Below, one piece after another: positions 1-9,217 of a stretch of 64,000 nucleotides of DNA (within the stretch, counting starts at the first letter, position 1; every line of letters begins with the position of its first letter). Position numbers and translations under genes: made by a program. The notes beneath the pieces were generated by a model, which saw only the letters and a list, made by a program, of their open reading frames with translations, had not been told where the DNA came from and searched no databases. Source of the stretch: Candidatus Margulisiibacteriota bacterium (GTDB taxonomy: Bacteria > Desulfobacterota > Binatia > HRBIN30); assembly GCA_035541735.1 (NCBI GenBank), contig DATKMS010000036.1, forward strand, positions 334 to 64,333, given 5' to 3'.

Positions 1-278
1 TGGGGTCCACTTCACCAGCCGGATTGCACCCGGCGCATCTAGAGGTCTTGTCGTGCCGCCGACTCGCTTCGTCGATGTGGAGGAGCGCGCCGGTGTTTCC
101 TGCCGCCTCAGAGTATTAGCTGCAAGCGCACGCCAAGCACCGTCGCCGTACCAATATATTCCTGATCGAATTTAAGGAAATCTACGCCCGCTTGCCAAAT
201 CCGTTGCGCTTTCGGGCCAGCCTAGCCGCGACCGGCTGCATTGGTGACGCGCGCTCTGAAAGCGGGAAGGACGTGCCG

Positions 279-2483
279 TCAGGCGAACTGGGCCTCGCGC
301 AGTGCGGCCGCAACGGCGCGCGCGTCGGAGAGCGCGAGTATCCCTTCCATCGCGCGGCGCATCGGCTCGAGGCGCGCGGCAGCGAGGGCCTGCTTCAACT
401 CGGGAATGGCGGTGGGGACGACGCTGAGCGAGTCGACTCCGAGCGCCGTCAGCGCCAGGGCCACATCGGGGCGCACCGCGATCTCGCCACAGACGCCCAC
501 AGCCTTTCCTGCAGCGCGCGCGGCGGCAGCCACGCGGGCTATCATGCGCAGAATCGCCGGATGGTACGGATCGCTCATTGGAGCCATTCGCGAGTCTTCC
601 CGGTCGACGACCAGCGTGTACTGCATCAAGTCGTTCGTGCCGATGGACAGGAAGTCCGCCTCCTTCGCGATATCGACCGCCAGCTCGACGGCAGCCGGCA
701 CTTCGATCATCGCCCCGATTTCGGGCGCTCTCTGGGCACGCGGCTCGTCAATGCTGGCGAGGGCTTGGCCGATCATTGCTCTTATGCGGCGGAACTCTTC
801 GATCGACGTCACCATCGGAATCAGAATGCGAAGCGGGTGGTCCGCAGCCGCCAGGGCAAGCGCCTGTACCTGATCTCGCAGCACGTCCGGGTGATCGAAG
901 AGGACGCGAATCGCGCGATACCCGTGGAATGCGCTACGTGCGGTAGCAATGGATCCTCCAGCCACGAACTTGTCGCCGCCCAGGTCGAGAATGCGGAAGC
1001 ATATAGGCCCGCCGGGAAACAATTCGTACGCCTTGCTGTAGATCCTCACCTGCTCTGCTCGCGTCGGGAACGAGTCACGGACGATGAAGGGGAACTCGGT
1101 ACGATAGAGGCCGATGCCCTCGGCGCCATTTTCACGGGCGACGGTGAGATCCGAGGCGACGCCGACGTTCGCGTGCAACGTCACGCGCACACCGTCCGAC
1201 GTGCAGGCGAGGACGTTGCGAAACTTCGCATGCTCGGTCCGCGCGCGCTCGGCGCGCCGGCGCTCCTCCTCGTAGCGGGTCAGCGTATCTTTGCTGGGGC
1301 GCACAACGACCACACCGGTGGTGCCGTCGACGATGAGCCGGTCGCCCGGCCGCACCGACGGGAGCATGTCGGCGATCCCCGTGACCACGGGGATGCCCAT
1401 CGCTTGCGCCAAGAGGACGCCGTGCGAGGTCGCACCACCGCTTTCGGTCACCAGCGCCCGCGCGCCTTCGGTCTTCAGTTCAATCACCAACGATGGGGGG
1501 ACGCGGCTGGTCAGCACGATACCCGGGCCGAAGCGTGCGCGGCTGCTACTATCGAGTACGTGGTCGAGCAGCCGGCTACGCAGATCATCGACATCGTCGA
1601 CCCTCTCCTGAATATAGGCATCCGGGACGAGGCGCAGCCGTGTCTCGAACTCGTCGAGAGCAGCGGCAATCGCGAGAGGGGCGCTCACCCCGCGACCGAT
1701 CTTCTGGTCGATGTGTTCCAAGAGCATCGGATCATTGAGGAGCAGTAGATGAGACGCGAAGATGAGGGCGTGTTCCTCATCGATTTCGCGCGCCGCCGCA
1801 ACCTGAATTCTCGAAAGGTCGTTGCGGGTCTTCTCAATTGCGGTTCGCACGCGCGCACGCTCCGCAGTGGATTCTCCTGCGGGCAAATCCCGCGCCGAGA
1901 GATCGAGTCGATAAGCGCCGCGAAACACGGCGGGCCCGATCGCGACACCGGGTGATGCACCAACGCCACTCAGTATCCGCTCCCCGTCCTCCGACTCCGT
2001 GGACGATGGTCGTGGTGCAGCGTGGGGCATGGGTCGCTCGCCTCGATCGAGGGCGTCGATGATGCGCGCGTTCTCGATGATGCCAACGAGCTGTGCGCCT
2101 ATCGTCGCGAGCGTTGCGATGTCCTCCGCCGAAAAATCGCGTCGCACGGTGCTCTGCAGCACGAGTGCGCCCACCATGCGGTCGCGAAGGAGCATGGGGG
2201 ACGCGAGGAGCGACGTCGTCTCTCCGCGAACGGTGGCGACGCGCCTCTCCGCGGTCACCTGGGCAGCGATGGACGCCGCTGCGGCGTTCGCGGGTTGGCT
2301 CCTCCAGGACGAATTGGGGCTGTCGGTGGCGCTGCGGACGAGGCCCCCATGCTCGTCGAGTAGAAACACGAAGCAACCATCGACGCGCAGCCGCTCAGCG
2401 ATGACGCGCGCCGCTGCGTCAAGGATCCGCACCAGCGAATGCGCCTGCTCCACGATGTGAAGCAGGTCCATGGTGACGTTCAT
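279..2483 (-). CDS. ptsP: phosphoenolpyruvate-protein phosphotransferase with N-terminal GAF domain (EI-Ntr type)
   Basis: 734-aa ORF. GAF-like N-terminus is followed by PEP-utilising enzyme modules. Phospho-histidine swivel motif ESGGATSHGVLLAQAMGIPVV and C-terminal signature FLSIGTNDLMQY are present. Confidence 0.9.
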   Translation of the reverse strand: MNVTMDLLHIVEQAHSLVRILDAAARVIAERLRVDGCFVFLLDEHGGLVRSATDSPNSSWRSQPANAAAASIAAQVTAERRVATVRGETTSLLASPMLLRDRMVGALVLQSTVRRDFSAEDIATLATIGAQLVGIIENARIIDALDRGERPMPHAAPRPSSTESEDGERILSGVGASPGVAIGPAVFRGAYRLDLSARDLPAGESTAERARVRTAIEKTRNDLSRIQVAAAREIDEEHALIFASHLLLLNDPMLLEHIDQKIGRGVSAPLAIAAALDEFETRLRLVPDAYIQERVDDVDDLRSRLLDHVLDSSSRARFGPGIVLTSRVPPSLVIELKTEGARALVTESGGATSHGVLLAQAMGIPVVTGIADMLPSVRPGDRLIVDGTTGVVVVRPSKDTLTRYEEERRRAERARTEHAKFRNVLACTSDGVRVTLHANVGVASDLTVARENGAEGIGLYRTEFPFIVRDSFPTRAEQVRIYSKAYELFPGGPICFRILDLGGDKFVAGGSIATARSAFHGYRAIRVLFDHPDVLRDQVQALALAAADHPLRILIPMVTSIEEFRRIRAMIGQALASIDEPRAQRAPEIGAMIEVPAAVELAVDIAKEADFLSIGTNDLMQYTLVVDREDSRMAPMSDPYHPAILRMIARVAAAARAAGKAVGVCGEIAVRPDVALALTALGVDSLSVVPTAIPELKQALAAARLEPMRRAMEGILALSDARAVAAALREAQFA

Positions 2484-2618
2484 AGCAGGTCCTTCCGGTC
2501 GCCGACGCTTGCGAGGAAGGTTACTGAGTACAGCATGAACAACCTCATTGCCAAAACGACGCTACTGGTTCCGGGCGCGCCGAATAGAGATGGCGGCTCC
2601 TTTTCCCCGGGTCGTGTC

Positions 2619-2894
2619 CTACCCGAACCACCGTGTGATCGACCAGCCGGTCAAGATACCGGCGACGAATGCGAGGACGACGATGACGTGAGAGTGGGGC
2701 GCTGCTCGTGCTGTCGCGGCCTGCTCAGCCACCTGGCTCCGCAACTCGGTGATCGTGGTGTCGCGCCCACCGATGGTGGCGCGCAGGTTGGCGATCTTGG
2801 GCGCCAGCGCGGCGCGCGCCTGGCTGGCCGACCAGAGCCACGCGACCACACCTCCGACTGCCGCTCCGAAGACGAAGATCAACGCACTGGACAT
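2619..2894 (-). CDS. hypothetical small membrane protein
   Basis: 91-aa ORF with hydrophobic N-terminus (ALIFVFGAAVGGVVAWLW) and C-terminus (VIVVLAFVAGILTGW) flanking a charged linker. No family recognised, and it is overlapped by other-frame ORFs. Confidence 0.35.
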   Translation of the reverse strand: MSSALIFVFGAAVGGVVAWLWSASQARAALAPKIANLRATIGGRDTTITELRSQVAEQAATARAAPHSHVIVVLAFVAGILTGWSITRWFG

Positions 2895-2948
2895 GCGAGC
2901 CTCCGGTGTGAGCAGAGTTTCGCCCCCGCCGTAGCGCTCATCTCGTGC

Positions 2949-3350
2949 TCAGAGCGCGGACACTCCGTCCTTGCCCACGACGACGATACGATGAGCCCGG
3001 AGCGCGCCGGCAAGATTCCATCGCCACAAGTGTTCCTCAAGATGCCCTACCGGGCATTGGAAGCATTCGTTCAGCAGCACCGCATGGGAGGGACGGTCGG
3101 TAGCCACGCTGACGACGTGGTAGTCGCCACGTCCCACCAGCACTCCTTCGCGCATCAATCTCGTCGGTGCATGCAGGTCGCCGAGGACGCAGTGCGGGAA
3201 ATGTGTCTTCAGGTAGGCGTGGACCGCGAAGATCTTTTCGCCGTCACAGGTGCACCTGAGGGGACTCTCCAACCCGTGCGTGCCGATTGTGCCCGTAGAT
3301 CCGCCGACATAACGAGCCGACTGCCCAACTGCGCTGTGCGTGTCGTTCAT
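2949..3350 (-). CDS. hypothetical protein
   Basis: 133-aa ORF with protein-like composition (several His/Cys: CTCDG, HFPHC, CFQCPVGH). No family recognised. Confidence 0.4.
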   Translation of the reverse strand: MNDTHSAVGQSARYVGGSTGTIGTHGLESPLRCTCDGEKIFAVHAYLKTHFPHCVLGDLHAPTRLMREGVLVGRGDYHVVSVATDRPSHAVLLNECFQCPVGHLEEHLWRWNLAGALRAHRIVVVGKDGVSAL

Positions 3351-3886
3351 TCGGTTTCACCTCTCGTGGTACCTATAACCACTTGGCAATCGCAATGCTC
3401 GCGCTGAGGCGGTCGTAGGCATTCTCGGGCATCGCGGCGTGGGTATTTGCGCGTGGCGCCCACCGCCGTGCGCATCGGCGCGGGGGTGAACACCAGCAAC
3501 CTGATGCAGCGCACGCCGATGCGTTGCCGGAGGATCAGGCGTCCGCGATCTTTGTCGAGCGTTGCGCAGCCTTCCTGAAAGATCCACCGTCGGCGACGTG
3601 GGATGGCCCCGCGCGCGTGCAGGCAAGGTAACCACCGAGGCCCAGAGGATCCCGGGCGGGCGGTCTTGGCGTTGGCTGGGGCGCGTGCCCGTTCTTCGGA
3701 CACGCCGCAAAGCATTCAATCCTTCGCTGCGGGGGGGGGAGACTGGCAGCCACTTTTCCAGGCGCGGGAATGCGAGACGATTGCCCGTATCGTCGGTGAA
3801 ACGCGTCGAACGAGTCGGACCGGGGGGCACATGGCGGCGACGGGGGTACGGACCTTGCTTTGATGGCCCTCAGAGGAGGATACGCC

Positions 3887-4210
3887 ATGCACGCGAAGAA
3901 GACCCTGCCCAAGCTGATCCAGGAGGCCATCGATAAGGGGGCGACAACCGTGGAAGAGATCCACAAGTCGATCGTCGACCTGCCGCTGAAGATCCTCGAG
4001 GAGAGCGACCTCTTACGAGGCCCGTCGAAGGAGGCGAGGCGAGTACAGGATCACACGATCGGCGCCATCTACGACGTCATTCGGGAGGTCAACGAGCAGG
4101 TCGGGACACTCGCGTCGGATCTGCTTGCCGAGGCGGCCGCACGCAGAGCCGCCCGAGCCGGCGAGGCCCACAAGCCTCGCTCGGCCGCCGGCCACGCCGG
4201 GAAGCACTAG
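3887..4210 (+). CDS. hypothetical protein (helical, Ala/Arg-rich tail)
   Basis: GAGGAGGA lies 6 nt upstream of ATG 3887. The translation MHAKKTLPKLIQEAIDKGATTVEEIHKSIVDLPLKILEE is protein-like. No family recognised. Confidence 0.45.
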   Translation: MHAKKTLPKLIQEAIDKGATTVEEIHKSIVDLPLKILEESDLLRGPSKEARRVQDHTIGAIYDVIREVNEQVGTLASDLLAEAAARRAARAGEAHKPRSAAGHAGKH

Positions 4211-4948
4211 ACCGCTCACCGACGGTTTGATTGTGCCCCATCGGGGTGCGGCGGCAAGACCTCCTGCACGTGGTCGGATCGCAACGGGCCCCTCTTCGCA
4301 GCCTGGGAGCGCTGGGCCGCCGCAGCGGCCCCGCGCTGATGCTATTGGGTCTCCCAAATGCGCAGACCGCTTCTCTTCAATGCTTTTTCTGTGGCACTGC
4401 TCGCCGCTGTCGGCACGGGGGTGTGAAATGGAAAAATCACCAGGGCAACGCGAAGACGAACGGGCCGTCCCTATCAGGTACCGAGCTGAGATCTATGCAA
4501 AGCGTGAGGGTGGAGAAGACGTGCGGCTGGACCGGAGCGCCAGAGGGAGCAGCATTGGGGGCCTGGCGGAAGATTTGGTCGCCCAGGCCTCGGAACTCGA
4601 AGCTGAAGCCAGAGACAAGCTGGACCGGGCCGAAACCGAGAGGGGCCAGGAGGAGCAAACTGCCAACCAGGCAGAGCTATCCGGTCGCCGTCGCCGTTCT
4701 TGGGAGTGAGGCCGTCGCCGTTGTGAAGGTCGGCGCGCATTGTTCTCACCAGCTCTCAGCATTTGGAATCATTACCTCGCTCCTCCGCCCCGGCCGATGC
4801 GTAGCGGCTTTGCACAGTGGTGCGTGATCACCCGGTCAGAAGCCACCTGCTAAACTGGCTTCGCCCACCGCGTGCGTGGCCATGCCGACCGCGAGACTTC
4901 CGTTGCACTCCAGCATGGTCAGCTGACAGTGCCCTTCGTGCTTCATGA

Positions 4949-5470
4949 AGATCCAACAGCTCTCCGCTGACGACGCCAAGGCGAGAGGCTGCTGAACGCG
5001 CCCTGGCGCTGCGCGCCTACCTGTTCCTGGGGCCGATCGAGGCCGCTGCCGCGATGGCCGCGTTCTTTTTCGTGCTCAATCGAGCGGGCTGGAAGTATGG
5101 CCAGCACTTGGCGCCCCAGGATCCACTCTATTTGCAGGCGACCACCGCCTGCTTGAGCGCCATCATCGTGATGCAAATTGTGAACGTGTACCTGTGCAGG
5201 AGCGTTTCACGATCGATATTTTCAACGGGTCTCGTCGGGAACTGGCTGATTACGTCGGGCGTAATATTGGAAATCGCAGTGCTTGTCCTAGTCAACTATA
5301 GCCCCTGGGCAAATCTCATTCTCGGTACGGCTCCTATTGCAGGATCAGTGTGGTTCTTCATCGTCCCTTTCGCGGCCGGTATACTCATCCTGGAAGAATT
5401 GCGTAAATGGCTTACCCGCGGAAAGTTGGTTGAGAGTCTGTCGCGCCGCGACTCTGGTTGCCTGCGGTGA
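4949..5470 (+). pseudogene. 5'-truncated remnant of a P-type cation-transporting ATPase (C-terminal transmembrane helices only)
   Basis: The frame opens right after a stop at 4946-4948. ERALALRAYLFLGPIEAAAAMAAFFFVL...YLQATTACLSAIIVMQIVNVYLCRS...WFFIVPFAAGILILEELRKWL matches the last TM helices of P-type ATPases. The whole N-terminal, phosphorylation and nucleotide-binding parts are missing. The segment ~5150-5450 is visibly more AT-rich than its flanks. Confidence 0.6.
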
Positions 5471-5543
5471 CGACCCGCGCGAGAAGACTCCCTCCGCGCT
5501 CGACTATGCTACACTTCACTCAACGCCGAGGGAGGATGTGCCA

Positions 5544-5984
5544 ATGAGCGAAGAATTCAAAACCAAACTGAACTCGCTGCTGTCAGCTCACCAGGCTGCG
5601 AAACGGAAAGGGCAAGACTCTCTCCGCAGGCTGGACGAACTGGCGGAGCAGGCCCGCAACGAATTCAAGCGCCTCCGTCACGACGTTTTCCATCCCGTGA
5701 TGCAGGAGGCCGCCGACCTCCTCGAGTCGCATGGCTACCACGCCGAGGTCAAAGAGACTGACCCGTCGCACCGGATGCCCGCAGAACCGGCTATTACCCT
5801 GTTCATCAGCATCAACGCCGGCCGCGCCAGCATCACCTACCGTGCCGGCACGCCGGCGCGGACCGTCATCATCCACGACAAGACCGACGAAATCACGGGC
5901 ATGTTTGTCGACCTTCCAACCACCCGCGACGAGCTGCAACGCCAGCTATTCAACGTACTCGAGCAGATCTTCCCCAATCGCTAA
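5544..5984 (+). CDS. hypothetical protein
   Basis: GGAGGA at 5531-5536 precedes ATG 5544. 146-aa protein-like translation (MSEEFKTKLNSLLSAHQAAKRKGQDSLRRLDELAEQ...). No family recognised. Confidence 0.5.
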   Translation: MSEEFKTKLNSLLSAHQAAKRKGQDSLRRLDELAEQARNEFKRLRHDVFHPVMQEAADLLESHGYHAEVKETDPSHRMPAEPAITLFISINAGRASITYRAGTPARTVIIHDKTDEITGMFVDLPTTRDELQRQLFNVLEQIFPNR

Positions 5985-6092
5985 CCAACTTCCCGTTTCG
6001 TAGGATCGGGGCACGGACCGTGCGACCTCGTCGCTTCAGTTCGCGCACTACGTTGGCGCCGACAGGCAGACGGGCACCGGTCGCGCCGACCG

Positions 6093-6300
6093 TCATCTGA
6101 CCCTCGTCCGGCGTCGTTCCCGCCGACCGCCCGCGCCCACGCCACGCCTTCCCAGCACCCACTCGAGAAGCCCGTCCACGAGATCGTGCAAGTCAGCAAT
6201 CGCATCCCAGTCGGCGTTGAAGCCCCAGTTCAGCCCACCGGCGTAGCTGAGCACCGCGATGCCCAGCGCCTGGTTGGCCATCATCGGCAGCCACACCTCG
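6093..6300 (-). pseudogene. C-terminal fragment of a wax ester synthase/diacylglycerol acyltransferase (WS/DGAT, DUF1298 part)
   Basis: VWLPMMANQALGIAVLSYAGGLNWGFNADWDAIADLHDLVDGL resembles the extreme C-terminus of WS/DGAT enzymes. Nothing of the N-terminal HHxxxDG catalytic domain is present. Confidence 0.5.
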
Positions 6301-6414
6301 GTCACCGAGATCGCATTTCTCCTTGGCTTCGCCGACACGAGCGGCTTCTCGCGCGCCTTCCGGCGCTGGACGGGGCTGTCGCCACGCACCTATTCACGGC
6401 ACCAGGCAGATTGA
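6301..6414 (+). pseudogene. C-terminal fragment of an AraC/XylS-family regulator (second HTH only)
   Basis: VTEIAFLLGFADTSGFSRAFRRWTGLSPRTYSRHQAD* is the canonical end of an AraC HTH domain. It abuts the opposite-strand WS/DGAT fragment at ~6300 and has no upstream remainder. Confidence 0.55.
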
Positions 6415-6423
6415 CGTGGGAAG

Positions 6424-6648
6424 CTATGCGGCCTCGCGGCACTCGTCGTCGGCGGCCGAGCTACTGTGCCCTCGAGACGGAGACCGATGCCCGGCCGCCA
6501 ATCGACGTAGGGCGTTGAGGGCCGCCCCGAGAAGCGCCGCCCCGAGAAACGCGGCGACAACACCGGCCACGCCTCCGACGACGATGCCTGCGAGTGGGTC
6601 TCCCGTGATTGCCAGCGGCGGGATGGCTGCGAGTACGTAGGTCATCAT
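6424..6648 (-). CDS. small Gly/Ala-rich (glycine-zipper-like) membrane protein, translationally coupled to the upstream MerR gene
   Basis: ATGA start/stop overlap with the MerR gene at 6645-6648. GGAGG lies on the coding strand at 6652-6656. Hydrophobic core is GIVVGGVAGVVAAFLGAALLGAAL. Confidence 0.45.
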   Translation of the reverse strand: MMTYVLAAIPPLAITGDPLAGIVVGGVAGVVAAFLGAALLGAALNALRRLAAGHRSPSRGHSSSAADDECREAA

Positions 6649-7442
6649 GTCCTCCTTTCCAGGGCGGGTATGGTTCCCCGCTCGATTGCAGTCCGCAGCG
6701 CGTGTTCCATTTCCTGTGCGAACACGAGCCGCACCGCTTCCGTGCCGACTGAGCGCAGCGCAGCGAAGGCCTCGCTCACGTCGCGGGCTGATCCAGTGCG
6801 GGCGAACCCGCGGCCCGTACGCTTCAGGAAGTGCGCCAGCAGATCGCTAGCGGCGCGGCGCATCCGTTTGCGGATGAGGGCCGCCGCCTGCGCACCGGTC
6901 TCGAGGTCCACGCCGGCGTCATGCAGTTTCAGCCCGATATCGAGGAGGCCAGGGCTGAGGACGATGTAGGTCGGAGGGAGTCGATCGCCCTGGTGGCGCA
7001 ACAAACCCGCACGCGTCAGTCCGGCAATGAAGCCGTCCGGCCGGTCACCGAGATGCTCGCGGATCTCTCCCTCGCTCAGAATCATCGGCGCCTCTTCTGA
7101 CCACGCCGTGCGCAAATGGTCGCCGAGGCCGAGCCAGTCCTCGATCGACAGCTTCCCGCGCTGTGCGTGACGCAGCGCGTCCCGGATGGCCCGTAGGCGG
7201 AGGCCACGGTCCTGCAGTTTGGCGATGAGCCGGAGGCGCTGCAGATGGTCGTCGCTGTAGACGGCGATCCGGCCTTTGCGATGTGGTGGATGCAGCACCC
7301 CCAGCGACTGGTACAGACGCACCGTGCGTGTGGGAATGCCCGCAGCGGCGGCCAAGTGATCGATGGTATATGCGGCAGCCGGAGCCTCGGACGGTGCCCC
7401 GTTGCTACGTAGCGCGTGCTGGCTATTGATTTCAGCTTCCAT
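6645..7442 (-). CDS. MerR-family transcriptional regulator (paralog 1) with ~190-aa C-terminal domain of unknown function
   Basis: The 547-aa track ORF is an artefact; the real start is taken at ATG 7442 (MEAEINSQ...), preceded by GAGGA. The N-terminal MerR HTH is YTIDHLAAAAGIPTRTVRLYQSLGVL...RKGRIAVYSDDHLQRLRLIAKLQDRGLRLRAIRDAL. Confidence 0.8.
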   Translation of the reverse strand: MEAEINSQHALRSNGAPSEAPAAAYTIDHLAAAAGIPTRTVRLYQSLGVLHPPHRKGRIAVYSDDHLQRLRLIAKLQDRGLRLRAIRDALRHAQRGKLSIEDWLGLGDHLRTAWSEEAPMILSEGEIREHLGDRPDGFIAGLTRAGLLRHQGDRLPPTYIVLSPGLLDIGLKLHDAGVDLETGAQAAALIRKRMRRAASDLLAHFLKRTGRGFARTGSARDVSEAFAALRSVGTEAVRLVFAQEMEHALRTAIERGTIPALERRT

Positions 7443-7464
7443 TGCTTCAGTCCTCACAGTAACA

Positions 7465-7493
7465 CTAGTAACCGTTACACTTAAAACTGTCAA
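7465..7493 (-). promoter_or_regulatory. candidate sigma70-type promoter/operator of MerR paralog 1
   Basis: On the minus strand: TTGACA (7493-7488), 17-nt spacer gttttaagtgtaacggt containing GTAAC-G-GTTAC dyad, then TACTAG (7470-7465). This leaves a ~16-nt leader with GAGGA before ATG 7442. Confidence 0.45.
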
Positions 7494-7634
7494 GATATGG
7501 GCTGGCTGTCGCCGCATCCAAGGCCGTGCTCGTACTTGGAGCGGGGCGCGCTGACGGTAGGCACCGGCGGCTTCGGGTGCCACGCGATTGGCGCGACCGG
7601 CCAAGCAGTGGGCGTCCCGAGGAGGGCGACCGTC

Positions 7635-7663
7635 TTGACAGTTACAACTGTAACGCTTACTAG
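7635..7663 (+). promoter_or_regulatory. candidate sigma70-type promoter/operator of MerR paralog 2 (predicts a leaderless mRNA)
   Basis: TTGACA (7635-7640), 17-nt spacer gttacaactgtaacgct containing GTTACA-AC-TGTAAC dyad, then TACTAG (7658-7663). ATG 7671 sits ~7 nt after the -10. Blocks CTTGACAGTT / TGTAACG / TTACTAGTG are shared with the opposite promoter. Confidence 0.45.
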
Positions 7664-7670
7664 TGACGCT

Positions 7671-8477
7671 ATGGAAGCCACCCGCACGCATCGCCGTTCC
7701 CGTCATCGCGGGGCTGGGCGCGAGAACGCTTCCCCCGACGCGCCCGTCTATACGATCGACGAGTTGGCCGCGGCGACGGGCGTGCCCAGCCGCACCGTGC
7801 GACACTACCAGTGGGTGGGCGCCCTCCAACCGCCCGCGCGCAAGGGCCGCATCGCGCTCTACCGGGAGGAGCACCTCCAGCGCCTGCAACTCATCGGGAA
7901 GCTCCAGGACCGCGGCTTGCACCTGCGCGCCATCCGCGATGCTTTGCGCCAAGCGGCGCATCGCCGGCTGTCGCTCGAGGAATGGTTGGGCCTCGGGGAA
8001 CAGCTGCGTCAGCCGTGGTCCGCGGAGACGCCGCTGGTGCTGAGCGAGGCGGACCTCAGCCAGCGCCTGGGGAATCGGCCGGCGGGGTTTGTTACCACGC
8101 TCGTTAGGGCGGGCCTGCTGCACCGTCAAGGCGATCAGCTCGCTACAGCCTATCTGGTCCCCAGCCCGGGCCTCCTCGACATCGGACTCAGGCTGCACGA
8201 CGCCGGTCTGGACATCGAGACCGGGGCGGAAGCCGCGGCGCTCATCCGCCACAGCATGCGCCGCGCTGCGGCGAAGCTCGTCAAGCACTTCGCGAAGCGC
8301 AGCGGGCGTGGCTTCGCCCGCAGTCGGTCCGCCGGCGATGTCGGCGAGGCGCTCACGGCGCTGCGGTCATTCGGTGCCGAGGCGGTACGCCTGGTATTCG
8401 CACAAGAGATCGAGCGAGCTTTGCGCGCTGCAATGGAGAAGGGCGCGGTCCCGGCGCCGCAAAGGAGGAGGCGATGA
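7671..8477 (+). CDS. MerR-family transcriptional regulator (paralog 2)
   Basis: Start taken at ATG 7671 (MEATRTHRR...). MerR HTH is YTIDELAAATGVPSRTVRHYQWVGAL...RKGRIALYREEHLQRLQLIGKLQDRGLHLRAIRDAL. It is colinear with paralog 1 over its whole length, with roughly two-thirds of positions identical by eye. Confidence 0.8.
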   Translation: MEATRTHRRSRHRGAGRENASPDAPVYTIDELAAATGVPSRTVRHYQWVGALQPPARKGRIALYREEHLQRLQLIGKLQDRGLHLRAIRDALRQAAHRRLSLEEWLGLGEQLRQPWSAETPLVLSEADLSQRLGNRPAGFVTTLVRAGLLHRQGDQLATAYLVPSPGLLDIGLRLHDAGLDIETGAEAAALIRHSMRRAAAKLVKHFAKRSGRGFARSRSAGDVGEALTALRSFGAEAVRLVFAQEIERALRAAMEKGAVPAPQRRRR

Positions 8478-9015
8478 CCTTCCTGCTCGCGTTCCCGGCG
8501 GCGCTTTGGCGGGCGCCTGAAAGAAATTGCTCAATGAAAGGGATCGGCCGATGAGCTCCCCGCTGCCCACGATACGCGACGATGTTGAGCGCCGCGATCC
8601 CGGCTTCTTCCGCCAACTCCTCCCGATCCTGTGGTTGCTCGCGAGCTTCTGGTACCGGGCGGAGGTGCGGAGGCGGTCATGACAACGTTGGAAGACAGCG
8701 CCTTGGACCACGAGTCGATCCGGCGGCCGGGGTTGGGACTCCTCCTACTCGAGGGTCGCGCCGTCCTGGAATTGGCGGCACTGCAGGTAACAACCTGTGC
8801 GGACCGCGCTCTGCACGTTGCGGGTGGATGGCGAGTGGTCTTCGCCACCCTTGCGGGACGGTGCAGCATGGCCTGGCCTGGCTAGCACAGTCGCATTGCT
8901 GCCCCAGGACGAGACGAACGCGTCGCCCACCGCGTCAGGGGTGGGGCATCGGAGAGCAGCGCCTGTCCAAAGGTGTGCTATTCAGCAGCCCGTTGAAAAA
9001 CTGGTCGCCAGCGTC

Positions 9016-9035
9016 ACCCCCGCGAAAGCGGGGGT
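9016..9035. repeat. REP-like GC-rich hairpin
   Basis: acccccgc-gaaa-gcgggggt, an 8-bp stem with a GAAA loop. It translates to VTPAKAGVQ / TPAFAGVT, which I recognise from memory as typical spurious-ORF peptides over REP-type repeats. Confidence 0.5.
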
Positions 9036-9217
9036 CCAGAATGCGGCGGTGTCGTGCGTGCATGCCGAGGGGCGCGCCCTCATCGCTTGTGCTATGACTG
9101 ACCACGAGCGCAGTCGCGTTCGAGCGGCCTGAAGCGCTCGCCCGCGGTGTGAACTAGACGGTTCGACGAACCTTCCTACGGCTCGGTGCGAGGCATTCCC
9201 CGAGCAGAAAGGCATTA

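Noticed and set aside
192-1748. 518-aa + strand ORF and nested ORFs antisense to ptsP
   Set aside because: Arg/Ala/His-rich low-complexity translation with no motifs. It lies entirely opposite a well-supported ptsP reading frame. This is a typical shadow ORF of high-GC DNA.
6645-8288. 547-aa minus-strand ORF spanning both MerR genes
   Set aside because: Only the C-terminal 265 aa (from ATG 7442, with SD) look like a protein. The N-terminal part runs antisense through the + strand MerR paralog and the promoter gap.
8551-8682. 43-aa ORF resembling the N-terminus of a lysophospholipid acyltransferase
   Set aside because: It is kept only as a remark inside the gene-graveyard finding. The similarity rests on about 20 residues and no continuation is found in any frame, so it is not reported as a feature.
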